A DNA stretch of 64,000 bases, taken from contig CAMYVX010000004.1 in the NCBI GenBank assembly GCA_947302535.1, positions 221-64,220 on the forward strand, given 5' to 3'. Below, piece by piece: positions 29,334 to 39,033 of the stretch. The DNA comes from an uncultured Bacillales bacterium. Its GTDB lineage: Bacteria > Bacillota_I > Bacilli_A > RFN20 > CAG-826. Each line of letters opens with the position of its first letter. Within the stretch, counting starts at the first letter, position 1. The translations under genes were made by a program, and so were the position numbers. The notes below the pieces were generated by a model. It saw nothing but the letters and a program-made list of their open reading frames with translations, did no database searches and was not told the origin of the DNA.

Positions 29334-30207
29334 TATTTTCTCTATTATCGCGTGACTTAAGAAAACGAGCTGATTTCTTTAAGTCTTCATAAGGAACAAA
29401 TTTAATATCTTCAGGATTATCAATTCTTACTAAACCAGAAAGAATATTGATGTTAGCAATAATGTATTCTTTATTATCGTAAATGAGCTTACTTCCAAGT
29501 TCAGGGTATTTGGCTCTTTCTTGACTATAAGCCTCATCTTCATATTTTAAACAGCAAATAAGCTTACCACATTGACCAGAAAGTTTAGGGATATTGATAA
29601 CAAGCATTTGATTTTTAGCTCGACCAATTGAGATGCCGTCAAACTCATTTAAGAAGGTAGAACAACAAAGAGGAAGGCCACATAAACCTAACCCACCAAC
29701 GGCTTTAGCTTTATCACGTGGTCCAATTTGACGTAATTCAATACGAGAATGTAGACGAGATGCTAAAACCTTAAGAAGTTCTCTAAAATCTACACGATCA
29801 TCTGCTAAATAAGAGAAGAGAACTTTTGATTTATCTAATGAGTACTCACAAGATATAAGATGCATGTCTAAGCCAAGGCGTTTTACTTCATTTTTACAAA
29901 TTTCAAATGCATATTTGGCGTCTTTTTTATTTAATTCGTACATTTTTAAATCAATATCAGTGGCTTTTCTGATAATTGGTTTTAGCGCTAGTGAGCTTTT
30001 ATATTTTCCGATTTCAATAGGTTCAAAGGCAATTTGACCAACTTCAATTCCTTTGCTTGTTTCAACTACAACCATATCATCTAGAACGATGTCTAAATCT
30101 TTATAGCCAAAAAAATACGCTCTTGGAGTAGTTGCAAATTTAACCCCCACATAATGGGAGTACATGGAATTATCTATAACTTGATTTTCGTTTTGATTAT
30201 CTAACAT
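29320..30207 (-). CDS. ricT: PSP1 domain protein (YaaT/RicT-like)
   Basis: Cys-rich PSP1 C-terminal region. Conserved position between holB and rsmI. Confidence 0.8.
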   Translation of the reverse strand: MLDNQNENQVIDNSMYSHYVGVKFATTPRAYFFGYKDLDIVLDDMVVVETSKGIEVGQIAFEPIEIGKYKSSLALKPIIRKATDIDLKMYELNKKDAKYAFEICKNEVKRLGLDMHLISCEYSLDKSKVLFSYLADDRVDFRELLKVLASRLHSRIELRQIGPRDKAKAVGGLGLCGLPLCCSTFLNEFDGISIGRAKNQMLVINIPKLSGQCGKLICCLKYEDEAYSQERAKYPELGSKLIYDNKEYIIANINILSGLVRIDNPEDIKFVPYEDLKKSARFLKSRDNRENNEKK

Positions 30208-31280
30208 AATGGCTCCTTTACAAGAGAAAGAAATAGGTGATCTAATAAGGAAGAAAGACTCACTCTTAGATTAATCATATTTCTCGCTTTGAGAATGCTA
30301 AGTATATCTTTATCAACATGATTCATTTTATTTGCTAAATCAAATAATGAGTCTTGATAACTGGTTAGTATTATATCTCTACCATTTTGAACATTCAAAA
30401 TATCTTCGTATAACTGAGCAAGCATATCTAAAAAGAATCTTGCAGTTTCTTTATCGTTAACTTTAGGTACTATTCTTGTTTGATAATAATAGATTAATTC
30501 TCTATCATCGTTATTTTTCAATACTTCAATAAGGTCAACTAGGATTTGTTTAGCCTCTTCATAAGTCTCTTTGTTTTCGTTATGAGCCTCGGCTTCTTTA
30601 TTATATTCGCTGATTCTTTCTTTTTCGTCAGGATTAGATGATTTTTTTAATGTTGTTTTAGTAACTAAAACATCCACAATTAATTCACTGGAATTGTAGA
30701 AGTAAGATAATAGTTCTGCATCTTCTCTTTCTACTCCTAGTTCAATGGCTTCATTGATAACTTGTTTACGATCAATTTGTTTTAAATGTAGAGTTTGGCA
30801 ACGTGAAATAATAGTGGGCAAAATAATGCTCTCATTATTCGTGGTTAAAAAGGCATAGATGTTACTTTCGGGTTCTTCTAAGAACTTAAGGATACTGTTT
30901 GTGGCTTGTACGTTCATATTCTCCACTAAATGGATGATATAAATCATAATGCCTTTACTTTCAAACGCCTTCTTTTCAAAGCGGGTTTCTATTTCTTCAA
31001 CTGCCCCTTTTTTGATTTCTTCTTTTGCTCCGTCATAGACAATAAAGTCTGGGTAATTATCATCATCAATTCTTAAACATGTAATACAGTTATTACACGC
31101 TAGTGGAGATGGGTCATCACATAAAATAGATTTAGCTAAATAAATAGCCACTTCCTTTAAAGGAGTGCCAGGATTGCCACTTATTAAATAAGCATGAGAA
31201 AGTTTCTTTTCTTTTAAAGAATTTAAAAACGTTTTATATATGATTGGTTGATATGTTTTAAGGTATTTCTCTATTTGCAT
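30201..31280 (-). CDS. holB: DNA polymerase III delta-prime subunit
   Basis: AAA+-like clamp-loader fold with an SRC motif (ISRCQTLH). Conserved position after tmk. Confidence 0.85.
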   Translation of the reverse strand: MQIEKYLKTYQPIIYKTFLNSLKEKKLSHAYLISGNPGTPLKEVAIYLAKSILCDDPSPLACNNCITCLRIDDDNYPDFIVYDGAKEEIKKGAVEEIETRFEKKAFESKGIMIYIIHLVENMNVQATNSILKFLEEPESNIYAFLTTNNESIILPTIISRCQTLHLKQIDRKQVINEAIELGVEREDAELLSYFYNSSELIVDVLVTKTTLKKSSNPDEKERISEYNKEAEAHNENKETYEEAKQILVDLIEVLKNNDDRELIYYYQTRIVPKVNDKETARFFLDMLAQLYEDILNVQNGRDIILTSYQDSLFDLANKMNHVDKDILSILKARNMINLRVSLSSLLDHLFLSLVKEPLC

Positions 31281-31891
31281 AAACGAGATAATATTGCCTC
31301 AATCGTTGCTCTAGCAACATCATCTCTAGATTGACTAGCGTCAATAATGACATATCTATCGGGATATTGTTTTGCAAGTTCGAGGAAAGTGTTTCTCACT
31401 TTCTTATGGAAATCTAATTTTTCTAAATCAAGACGATTAACTTCACGAGAAGCATTCGCACTGATTCTTTGTAGACCGATTTCTGGGTCTATATCAAATA
31501 ACAAAGTTAAATCAGGAAATGTTCCTTCGGTAGCGAAGGAGTTAATATTCAAGATATTGTCAATGCCTAATCCTCTTGCTCCACCTTGATAAGCTAAAGA
31601 AGAATCTAAATAGCGATCACAAATGACAATTTTGCCCTCTTTAATAGCGGGCCATACTTTTTCAACAAGGTGTTGCCTTCTACTAGCAGCATAAAGAAGA
31701 GCTTCAGTTCTTGGATCCATTTTAGTGTTTTCTTTATCCAAGATAACATTTCTAATTTGTTCACTAATTGGTGTTCCACCGGGTTCTCTAGTTCTAACAA
31801 TTTGATAGCCCATTTCTTCTAAACGAGTCACAGCTTTTTCAACAGCGGTAGTTTTGCCTGAACCTTCAGGTCCTTCAAGTGTAATAAACAT
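31271..31891 (-). CDS. tmk: Thymidylate kinase
   Basis: P-loop FITLEGPEGSGKTT and the DRY motif. Confidence 0.93.
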   Translation of the reverse strand: MFITLEGPEGSGKTTAVEKAVTRLEEMGYQIVRTREPGGTPISEQIRNVILDKENTKMDPRTEALLYAASRRQHLVEKVWPAIKEGKIVICDRYLDSSLAYQGGARGLGIDNILNINSFATEGTFPDLTLLFDIDPEIGLQRISANASREVNRLDLEKLDFHKKVRNTFLELAKQYPDRYVIIDASQSRDDVARATIEAILSRLCK

Positions 31892-31902
31892 AGTATAGCT
31901 CC

Positions 31903-32499
31903 TTAAATTTTCCTTCTGCCTTCCAAGGCTTTTGATATTGTCATTGAGTCTGTGTAATCTAAATTACCACCCATTGGTAATCCATAAGCAATACGGGTTA
32001 CGTTAAGTGGATATTTTTCTAATATTTTTGCTAAATATAAAGCAGTTGTTTCTCCATCAATAGTGGGATTTGTTGCGATGATAACTTCTTTAAAGTTACC
32101 TTCTTCAATTCGTTTAATTAAAGGATTGATTGATAAATCTTCAACACCTTTTCCTTTACTTAAGGAAATTGTTCCACCTAAAACATGATAGAGGCCATGG
32201 AAACCTTCCGCTTTTTCAAAAGCGAGTAAATCCTTAGGATGAGAAACCACTAATAAAGTGGATTGATCTCTTGAAGTATCAGAACAAATTTCACAAATCT
32301 CATCTTCAGTGAGATTGCCACATATAGGGCAAACGTGAATCTTTTCTTTTAGTTCTTTTATCGCAAGTGAAAACTCTTCCAAACTGTCTTCATCCATATC
32401 AAGCATCGCGTAGGCCATACGCTCGGCGGATTTTTTACCAACACTTGGAAGCTTCGCTAGTGATTCTTCAACTCTTTCTAGGGATTTAAGTTTTTCCAT
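31903..32499 (-). CDS. recR: Recombination protein RecR
   Basis: C4 zinc finger (CPICGNLTEDEICEIC) plus a Toprim domain, 198 aa. Confidence 0.93.
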   Translation of the reverse strand: MEKLKSLERVEESLAKLPSVGKKSAERMAYAMLDMDEDSLEEFSLAIKELKEKIHVCPICGNLTEDEICEICSDTSRDQSTLLVVSHPKDLLAFEKAEGFHGLYHVLGGTISLSKGKGVEDLSINPLIKRIEEGNFKEVIIATNPTIDGETTALYLAKILEKYPLNVTRIAYGLPMGGNLDYTDSMTISKALEGRRKI

Positions 32500-32801
32500 T
32501 ACATTCCTAATCCGGTTCTACTACCAGTAATACGTTCATTGATGTCGCCCTTTTCTTTATCGATAAGAGCAATGGCTTCATTGATAGCCATTTTAATCAT
32601 GTCTTCAATCATTTCTTTGTTCTCTTTTTCAAGAGCGTCTTCTTCAATATTGATAGAAGTGATTTCATGATTACCTAACATAGTGATACTTACTGCTCCG
32701 CCTTTAGAAACAGTAAATTCTTTTGCGTTAAGTTCATTGATTGCTTTAGCAAGTTCTCTTTGCATTTTTTGAGCTTGCATCATCATTTGTTGCATGTTCA
32801 T
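32499..32801 (-). CDS. ybaB: Nucleoid-associated protein YbaB/EbfC
   Basis: 100 aa. Conserved position between dnaX and recR. YbaB-like composition. Confidence 0.85.
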   Translation of the reverse strand: MNMQQMMMQAQKMQRELAKAINELNAKEFTVSKGGAVSITMLGNHEITSINIEEDALEKENKEMIEDMIKMAINEAIALIDKEKGDINERITGSRTGLGM

Positions 32802-32805
32802 AAAG

Positions 32806-34554
32806 TTATTCTCCTATAAATTCTAAAGTAATATCGGCGATTTTAGGTAATTTGTTTAGTTGTGCTAAGTCCATATATTTCTTTTGTAAACGTACTGAGT
32901 TACTTCTATCGACGGCGTAGATAAACATCTTCATACCAAAGACATTAAAGATAACATCTTGTAAGTTCTTTTGATTTTCTTTGTTGTTAATAAAGTCCAC
33001 TGATTTCGCAAGTGGGACTTCCACGATAAGAATCTTTTTATTAGCGACGAGTGGATGGGCATCCGCTAAAAGGGAAGCAGCCTTTCCTAATTCTGGATGA
33101 GCAATAATACGTTTAATATCTTTCCAACCATCCAAGAGTTTGTTTTTGGTTTCCTTTTTACTAGCCACCATTATGTCGATCATAAGTAAATCATCAATTT
33201 CAAAAGTGGTGTCTTTTTCGGTATGTTTAAGGATTAGTGTATCTTTTGAAAGGACAATTTTCGGAAGTGGTTTTTCCTCTTCTTTTGGTGCATCAAATAG
33301 TGATAATTGTTCTTCTTCAATTATTGGTTTTTCTACTGGTTTTTCCTCTTTTTGTGGGGTTTCTACAGGTTTATTAAAGACAATGTCCTCGATTTTTTCT
33401 TCAATCGGCTTCTTAATAATGCTCTCTTGTACTGGCTTTACTGGGTCAACTTTTTTCATCGTGATTGGCGTGGAAGAATTTTCTAAAGCCGCCATTTTCA
33501 GAAGTGTCACTTCGAATAAAGGATTGATGGAAGTCACATTCTTATAATCACGAGTAGTGTCCATTAATGTTTGCACCATTGATAAAACTTTCTTGTTATC
33601 TATTTGACTCCCTAATGCCATTGCCTCTTCCTCATTAAGAACTTCTAGATAATCAGGCATACGGCATGTTTGATAAATCAGTACATCCTTTAACATGATG
33701 AGTAAGTCATCTGTTAATCTTTTAATATCTGTGCCACGAGAAATATAGTGGTTTAATCTAGCAAGGACATCAGATACATCTGATTTATTAATAGAATTAA
33801 CTAATGCGATTTTTTCTTCTTTAGATTCAAGTGCAAAGATATTTAAAACATCTTCCACGGTTAAATCTCCACCTGTATACGCGAGTACTTGATCAAGAAT
33901 GGATAAGGCATCGCGCATTCCGCCATCAGCTAAGTTGATAACCAAGTCAATAGCCTCCTCATTAAAAGAAATACCTTCTTCATCTAAAACAACTTTTATT
34001 CTTTCTTTAATATCCTCATTGCTTAATCTTGTGAAGTCATATCTTTGGCATCTAGAAAGAATAGTGGGGAGAATCTTATGAGGTTCAGTTGTTGCTAGGA
34101 TAAATATGACATGTGCAGGAGGTTCCTCTAATGTCTTTAATAAGGCATTAAATGCTCCAGCAGAAAGCATATGAACTTCGTCAATAATATAAACTTTATA
34201 ACGGCCTAAAATACATCCATATTTAACACGGTCAATTAAGTCACGGATTTCATCAACACCGTTATTACTAGCCGCGTCTAATTCTAAAACATCTGGATGA
34301 GAGCCATCGTTGATAGCTTTACAGTTTTGACATTCATTACATTGCTCACCAATGCCTTCATCACAGTTTAAAGCCTTGGCTAATAATTTAGCCATTGTGG
34401 TTTTGCCTGTTCCACGAGGCCCAGCGAATAAGTATGCATGAGCAATCTTGCCTGTGGCTAAGGCGTTTTTTAATGTTCTCATGATATGTTGTTGACCAGC
34501 GACCTCGTCAAATGTGGTTGGTCTATATTTTCTATATAATGCTTTATATGCCAT
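32806..34554 (-). CDS. dnaX: DNA polymerase III subunits gamma/tau
   Basis: AAA+ clamp-loader motifs (GPRGTGKTT, DEVHML). Preferred start is MAYKALYRKY (complement of 34552..34554). The ORF track extends to a GTG at 34581. Confidence 0.93.
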   Translation of the reverse strand: MAYKALYRKYRPTTFDEVAGQQHIMRTLKNALATGKIAHAYLFAGPRGTGKTTMAKLLAKALNCDEGIGEQCNECQNCKAINDGSHPDVLELDAASNNGVDEIRDLIDRVKYGCILGRYKVYIIDEVHMLSAGAFNALLKTLEEPPAHVIFILATTEPHKILPTILSRCQRYDFTRLSNEDIKERIKVVLDEEGISFNEEAIDLVINLADGGMRDALSILDQVLAYTGGDLTVEDVLNIFALESKEEKIALVNSINKSDVSDVLARLNHYISRGTDIKRLTDDLLIMLKDVLIYQTCRMPDYLEVLNEEEAMALGSQIDNKKVLSMVQTLMDTTRDYKNVTSINPLFEVTLLKMAALENSSTPITMKKVDPVKPVQESIIKKPIEEKIEDIVFNKPVETPQKEEKPVEKPIIEEEQLSLFDAPKEEEKPLPKIVLSKDTLILKHTEKDTTFEIDDLLMIDIMVASKKETKNKLLDGWKDIKRIIAHPELGKAASLLADAHPLVANKKILIVEVPLAKSVDFINNKENQKNLQDVIFNVFGMKMFIYAVDRSNSVRLQKKYMDLAQLNKLPKIADITLEFIGE

Positions 34555-34694
34555 TTGTGTACACCTAGTAAGATTATACACAATCTACAAGATTTAATGA
34601 AACATTAATATTAATATTAACTAAAAATATTTGTTTCTTTTTCTATTATCGTGGTTATGATACAATATCAAACGCGAAATTGAGGATTTAATTT

Positions 34695-35771
34695 ATGGAA
34701 GAAAGCATGTATCAACGTTTAGAGGTCGCGATTAAACGATTAAAAGAAATTGATGAAGAACTCATGGATGAAAATGTCATGAAGGACATCAAGCATTTTC
34801 GTGAGATTTCTAAAGAAAGAGCTGTTTTAGAACCACAAGTTGAAGCCTTTACTCGTTATAAACAAAATATTGAAGATTTAGCTGGGGCAGTGGAAATGTC
34901 CCGTGATAATGATCCTGAAATGTCTGAGATGGGTAAAGAAGAAGTTAAACGCATTGAAGAAGAGCAGGAAAAACTAGAAGAAGAATTAAAGGAATTACTT
35001 CTTCCTAAAGATCCTAATGATGATAAAAATATCATTGTGGAAATCCGTGGAGCGGTTGGTGGCGATGAAGCCAATATTTTTGCTGGTGACCTTTTTAGAA
35101 TGTATACAAGATATGCAGAAAGCCAAAACTGGAAGATTCAAATGCTTGATGAAAACCCATCTGAAGCTGGTGGCTTTTCCTTAGTATCTTTTAAGATTAG
35201 CGGCAAGATGGTTTATTCTAAATTGAAATTTGAAAGCGGAGCGCATCGTGTACAACGTGTTCCTAAAACTGAAGCTAGTGGACGTATTCATACATCCACC
35301 GCGACAGTTTTGGTCATGCCTGAAGCTGAAGAAATTGATGTAGAAATTAATCCTAATGATTTACAAGTTGATACATACCATTCTCAAGGCGCTGGCGGAC
35401 AAAACGTTAACAAAACCGAATCCGCGGTAAGAATTACACACGTTCCTACTGGAATTGTCGTGGCGTGCCAAACTGAAAAATCACAAATCCAAAACCGTGA
35501 AATTGCTATGCAAATGTTAAGAGCAAAGATGTACGCAACCCTTTTATCAGAACAACAGGAAGCACGTGGTAATGAAAGAAAATTGAAGATTGGTACCGGT
35601 GAAAGAAGCGAAAAGATTAGAACCTATAACTACCCACAAAATCGTGTTACTGATCACCGTATTGGTTTTACTATTCAAAAGCTTGACCGTGTAATGGAAG
35701 GCGAACTTGACGAAGTCATCAACGCTTTAATCCATTACGATCAATCACAAAAGATGGCGGGTGAAGAATAA
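34695..35771 (+). CDS. prfA: Peptide chain release factor 1
   Basis: GGQ motif ([20 protein letters not shown]) and an RF1-type PxT region. The start could instead be the ATG at 34707 (MYQRLE…). Confidence 0.95.
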   Translation: MEESMYQRLEVAIKRLKEIDEELMDENVMKDIKHFREISKERAVLEPQVEAFTRYKQNIEDLAGAVEMSRDNDPEMSEMGKEEVKRIEEEQEKLEEELKELLLPKDPNDDKNIIVEIRGAVGGDEANIFAGDLFRMYTRYAESQNWKIQMLDENPSEAGGFSLVSFKISGKMVYSKLKFESGAHRVQRVPKTEASGRIHTSTATVLVMPEAEEIDVEINPNDLQVDTYHSQGAGGQNVNKTESAVRITHVPTGIVVACQTEKSQIQNREIAMQMLRAKMYATLLSEQQEARGNERKLKIGTGERSEKIRTYNYPQNRVTDHRIGFTIQKLDRVMEGELDEVINALIHYDQSQKMAGEE

Positions 35772-36628
35772 TGCCCACGAATCGTGAAGTATATTTCTCT
35801 CTTATAAATAAGAAAGATAAATATCTCACTAGACTAGTTGTTAAAAGTTTATTAGAGGATGCGAATGGTTTCTCTTCTCCTATGGACTTATATAAATACT
35901 TTGATATGGAATGTCTTCATTATGATGATTTGATGGTTAAAGTTAATCGAGTCATAAGTGGAGAGCCATTTCAGTATGTTATTGGATATGCGAATTTTAT
36001 CGACCGCTTTTTTAAAGTGACTCCTGATGTTTTAATTCCAAGACAGGAAACAGAACAGCTTGTAATTAATGTTAAAGGCATGATTGAAGGCGGGTTTAAA
36101 AAAGACGCTCCGATAGTTATTGCAGACATTGGTACAGGGTCTGGTGCTATTGCTATTTCCTTAAAAAGATACTTCCCTAACGCAATTGTTTATGGCGTGG
36201 ATATTGATGAAAAATGTTTAGCGGTTGCACGCGAAAACTCAGCAAATCTAGGACAAAAAGTTGAGTTTTTGCAAGGAAATATGCTAGAACCATTAATTCA
36301 AAACAATATTAAAGTTGATGTTCTTGTCTCAAATCCTCCCTACATTGAGAAGATAGCAGAGATTGATGAACAAGTGTATAAATATGAACCTCATAAAGCT
36401 CTTCTTGCTTCCCCTTGCACTAAGTTTTATGAAGAGGTTTTTAAAAGAGCGAATGAAGTTTTAAAAGACGATGGAGTAATGGCTTTTGAAATAGGTGAAG
36501 ACATGGAAGAAGCTTTAACTGATTTAGTTTATAAATATTTCCCAACATGTAATATTTTATTTTCTAAGGATATATATAATAAGACACGTTTTTTATATAT
36601 AATTGATAAAGGAGAGATTCAATTATGA
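35771..36628 (+). CDS. prmC: Release factor glutamine N5-methyltransferase (HemK)
   Basis: NPPY catalytic motif (VSNPPYI) and SAM motif DIGTGSG. Directly follows prfA. Confidence 0.9.
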   Translation: MPTNREVYFSLINKKDKYLTRLVVKSLLEDANGFSSPMDLYKYFDMECLHYDDLMVKVNRVISGEPFQYVIGYANFIDRFFKVTPDVLIPRQETEQLVINVKGMIEGGFKKDAPIVIADIGTGSGAIAISLKRYFPNAIVYGVDIDEKCLAVARENSANLGQKVEFLQGNMLEPLIQNNIKVDVLVSNPPYIEKIAEIDEQVYKYEPHKALLASPCTKFYEEVFKRANEVLKDDGVMAFEIGEDMEEALTDLVYKYFPTCNILFSKDIYNKTRFLYIIDKGEIQL

Positions 36629-37059
36629 GAATTGCTATTGGTTCAGATCATGGTGGCTTTGAAGCCAAAGAAAAAGTTGTTGCTTATTTAAAAAATAAGG
36701 GGCACGAAGTAATTGATGTTGGCACTCATTCATTAGATTCTTGTCATTATCCAATCTATGGAGAAAAGGTGGCAAGATTAGTTGCTAGTAAAGAATGTGA
36801 GTACGGCGTTGTTATTTGCACTTCTGGTGAAGGCATTATGATGGCGGCAAATAAAGTTCCTGGAGTCCGTTGTGGTCTAGCTTATAACGATGAAGTAGCT
36901 GCTTTGATGAGACAACATAATAACGCGAATGTTATTTCCTTCGGTGCGAAGTTTATGGCGGTCCCAGATATTATTAGAAGAATTGATATCTTCCTTGAGA
37001 CAAAATTCGAAGGTGGACGTCACCAAACTCGTGTAGATTTAATTGATAATATTAAATAG
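36625..37059 (+). CDS. rpiB: Ribose-5-phosphate isomerase B (RpiB/LacAB family)
   Basis: N-terminus MRIAIGSDHGGF and length 144 aa. Confidence 0.88.
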   Translation: MRIAIGSDHGGFEAKEKVVAYLKNKGHEVIDVGTHSLDSCHYPIYGEKVARLVASKECEYGVVICTSGEGIMMAANKVPGVRCGLAYNDEVAALMRQHNNANVISFGAKFMAVPDIIRRIDIFLETKFEGGRHQTRVDLIDNIK

Positions 37060-37067
37060 ATAAAATT

Positions 37068-37092
37068 TCCATGCTTTGCATGGATTTTTTTC
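37068..37092 (+). terminator. Intrinsic terminator after rpiB
   Basis: TCCATGC-TTTG-CATGGA hairpin followed by TTTTTTTC. Confidence 0.75.
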
Positions 37093-37166
37093 TTTTATAA
37101 AAATCGTATGTTTTCGCCCTCTATTAATTTATAGAAGGTTTTTTATTTTTATTAAGGAGGGAAAGT

Positions 37167-38321
37167 ATGAATACATATGTATGCCCAGTGTGTGGGAACG
37201 CTGATACAAGAGCGATCGGATTTTTGAATAACAAACCATATTGCCGAAAATGTTTAACATTTAAAGGGCAAGAAGCGAAGAAGGATTACCAAGTTAATAC
37301 AAAAGGCGATTTATATCTCTCTTATCCTTTAACCGAAGATCAAAGCAAGATATCCGCTCAACTGATTGAGAACTTCAAAAACAAAGAGAATTCTTTTGTC
37401 GCGGCTATATGTGGAAGCGGTAAGACCGAAATAATACTAGGAGCTATACATTATTGTTTAACTAACGGTTTGCATGTGGGCTTTTGTGTTCCACGTCGAG
37501 ATGTTGCGATTGATTTATATGATCGTTTTAAAACTATCTTTAAAGATAATAGTATTGCCTTAGTGTACGGAGGCCATACCACTTTAATCCAAGCCGATAT
37601 CATTTGTTGCACAACCCATCAACTATTCCGTTATAAAGATTATTTTGATTTATTAATTGTTGATGAAGTGGATGCCTTCCCATTTCATAACAATGAAACA
37701 CTTAATTCGATATTCTATCGTTCTATAAAAGGCAACTATATTATGCTTTCTGCGACAGCCTCCGAAGCTTCATTAAAAGAATTTGAAAAAGAAGGCGGAA
37801 AAGTCTTATATCTTAATGAAAGATTCCATCGTTATCCTTTACCAGTTCCAGAAGTAAAAACAGGAAATAGATTTGCTTTATTATTTAAACTATATAGGTT
37901 AATTAGAATTTTTGAAAAACAAGAAAAACAAGTATTCATTTTTACCCCCACAATTAAAGAATGCGAATCGATTTATCGTTTTCTTCATATCCTTGTTAAA
38001 AAAGGAAATTATGTTCATTCAAAAAGAGATAACCGAGAAGGAATTATTCAAGATTTTAAAGATAAAAAATATATGTATCTTGTAACAACATCAGTACTAG
38101 AAAGAGGAGTAACAGTTAAAGACTTACAAGTTGTGATTTTTAATGCTTCTCATTCTATTTATACAAGTGAAACTTTGATTCAGATTTCAGGAAGAGTGGG
38201 AAGAAAAATGGACGCTCCTGAAGGAAAGGTGGTGTACTTAAGTGAAAGATATAATGAAGCGATTCAAGAATCTATCGCAAGCATTAACAAATCAAACAAA
38301 AATCTGCAGAATTTGTTTTAA
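37167..38321 (+). CDS. comFA: Competence protein ComFA-like DEAD/DEAH helicase
   Basis: N-terminal Cys4 zinc finger (CPVCGN…CRKC), Walker A motif GSGKTE, DEVD box and SAT motif. Confidence 0.8.
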   Translation: MNTYVCPVCGNADTRAIGFLNNKPYCRKCLTFKGQEAKKDYQVNTKGDLYLSYPLTEDQSKISAQLIENFKNKENSFVAAICGSGKTEIILGAIHYCLTNGLHVGFCVPRRDVAIDLYDRFKTIFKDNSIALVYGGHTTLIQADIICCTTHQLFRYKDYFDLLIVDEVDAFPFHNNETLNSIFYRSIKGNYIMLSATASEASLKEFEKEGGKVLYLNERFHRYPLPVPEVKTGNRFALLFKLYRLIRIFEKQEKQVFIFTPTIKECESIYRFLHILVKKGNYVHSKRDNREGIIQDFKDKKYMYLVTTSVLERGVTVKDLQVVIFNASHSIYTSETLIQISGRVGRKMDAPEGKVVYLSERYNEAIQESIASINKSNKNLQNLF

Positions 38322-38919
38322 AAATCTGATAAATAAAGGTATTTTCGAATTATTTAATCCAAATTATTGTTTGTGTGATGATTGTCGTAACGCCTTTAAA
38401 ATTAAGTATCACCGCTTTAAAGTAAAAGCATATCCAGCCCTTGCTTTATATGATTATGATGAGTGGATAAAGAAGAACCTCTACCAGCTCAAAGGTTGTT
38501 ACGATATTGAACTAGCTCCAGTATTTTTAGAGAAGATGTTATTACTTTTAAAGATTCGTTATAAAGGATATAACATTGTTCCTGTACCTTCTAGCGATGA
38601 CGATGATAAGGAGCGTGGTTTTAATCACGTGAAAGAGATTTTCTCATCTTTAAAATGTAAATTTCTTCCGATTATTAAAAAGAAAATACATTATAAACAA
38701 TCAGACCAACATATAGATCAAAGAGGAAGAATTAAAGATATATTATTCATTAAAGAAAATGTAGATTTGTATGGTAAACATATTTTAATAGTGGATGATG
38801 TTTTTACTACCGGAAACACAATTAAAGCAATGGTGGATTTAGTTGAACAACTTCATCCAAAAAAGATTAAGATTCTTCTTATTGCGAAAACCACTTTTGT
38901 AGAGAGGAGAAATGTTTAG
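38242..38919 (+). CDS. comFC: ComFC-like phosphoribosyltransferase-domain protein
   Basis: N-terminal Cys cluster (CRIC…CLCDDC) and the PRTase motif ILIVDDVFTTGNT. As called it overlaps the comFA 3' end by 80 nt, so the true start is uncertain. Confidence 0.75.
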   Translation: MKDIMKRFKNLSQALTNQTKICRICFKNLINKGIFELFNPNYCLCDDCRNAFKIKYHRFKVKAYPALALYDYDEWIKKNLYQLKGCYDIELAPVFLEKMLLLLKIRYKGYNIVPVPSSDDDDKERGFNHVKEIFSSLKCKFLPIIKKKIHYKQSDQHIDQRGRIKDILFIKENVDLYGKHILIVDDVFTTGNTIKAMVDLVEQLHPKKIKILLIAKTTFVERRNV

Positions 38920-39033
38920 GCTATATATTTTTAAACATATAGACTAAATTTGACATTTTTGATAGAATAATCAAGCGATTGTTTTAATCGATTTATTTTA
39001 TAAAGGAAGGCGCTGAATGCGTTGGTGAAATGA

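Noticed and set aside
34695-34707. Alternative start for prfA (MYQRLE…, matching the RF1 consensus) versus the upstream MEESMYQ…
   Set aside because: This cannot be decided from sequence. The upstream ATG has a plausible RBS (GAGGAT), so the longer form was kept.
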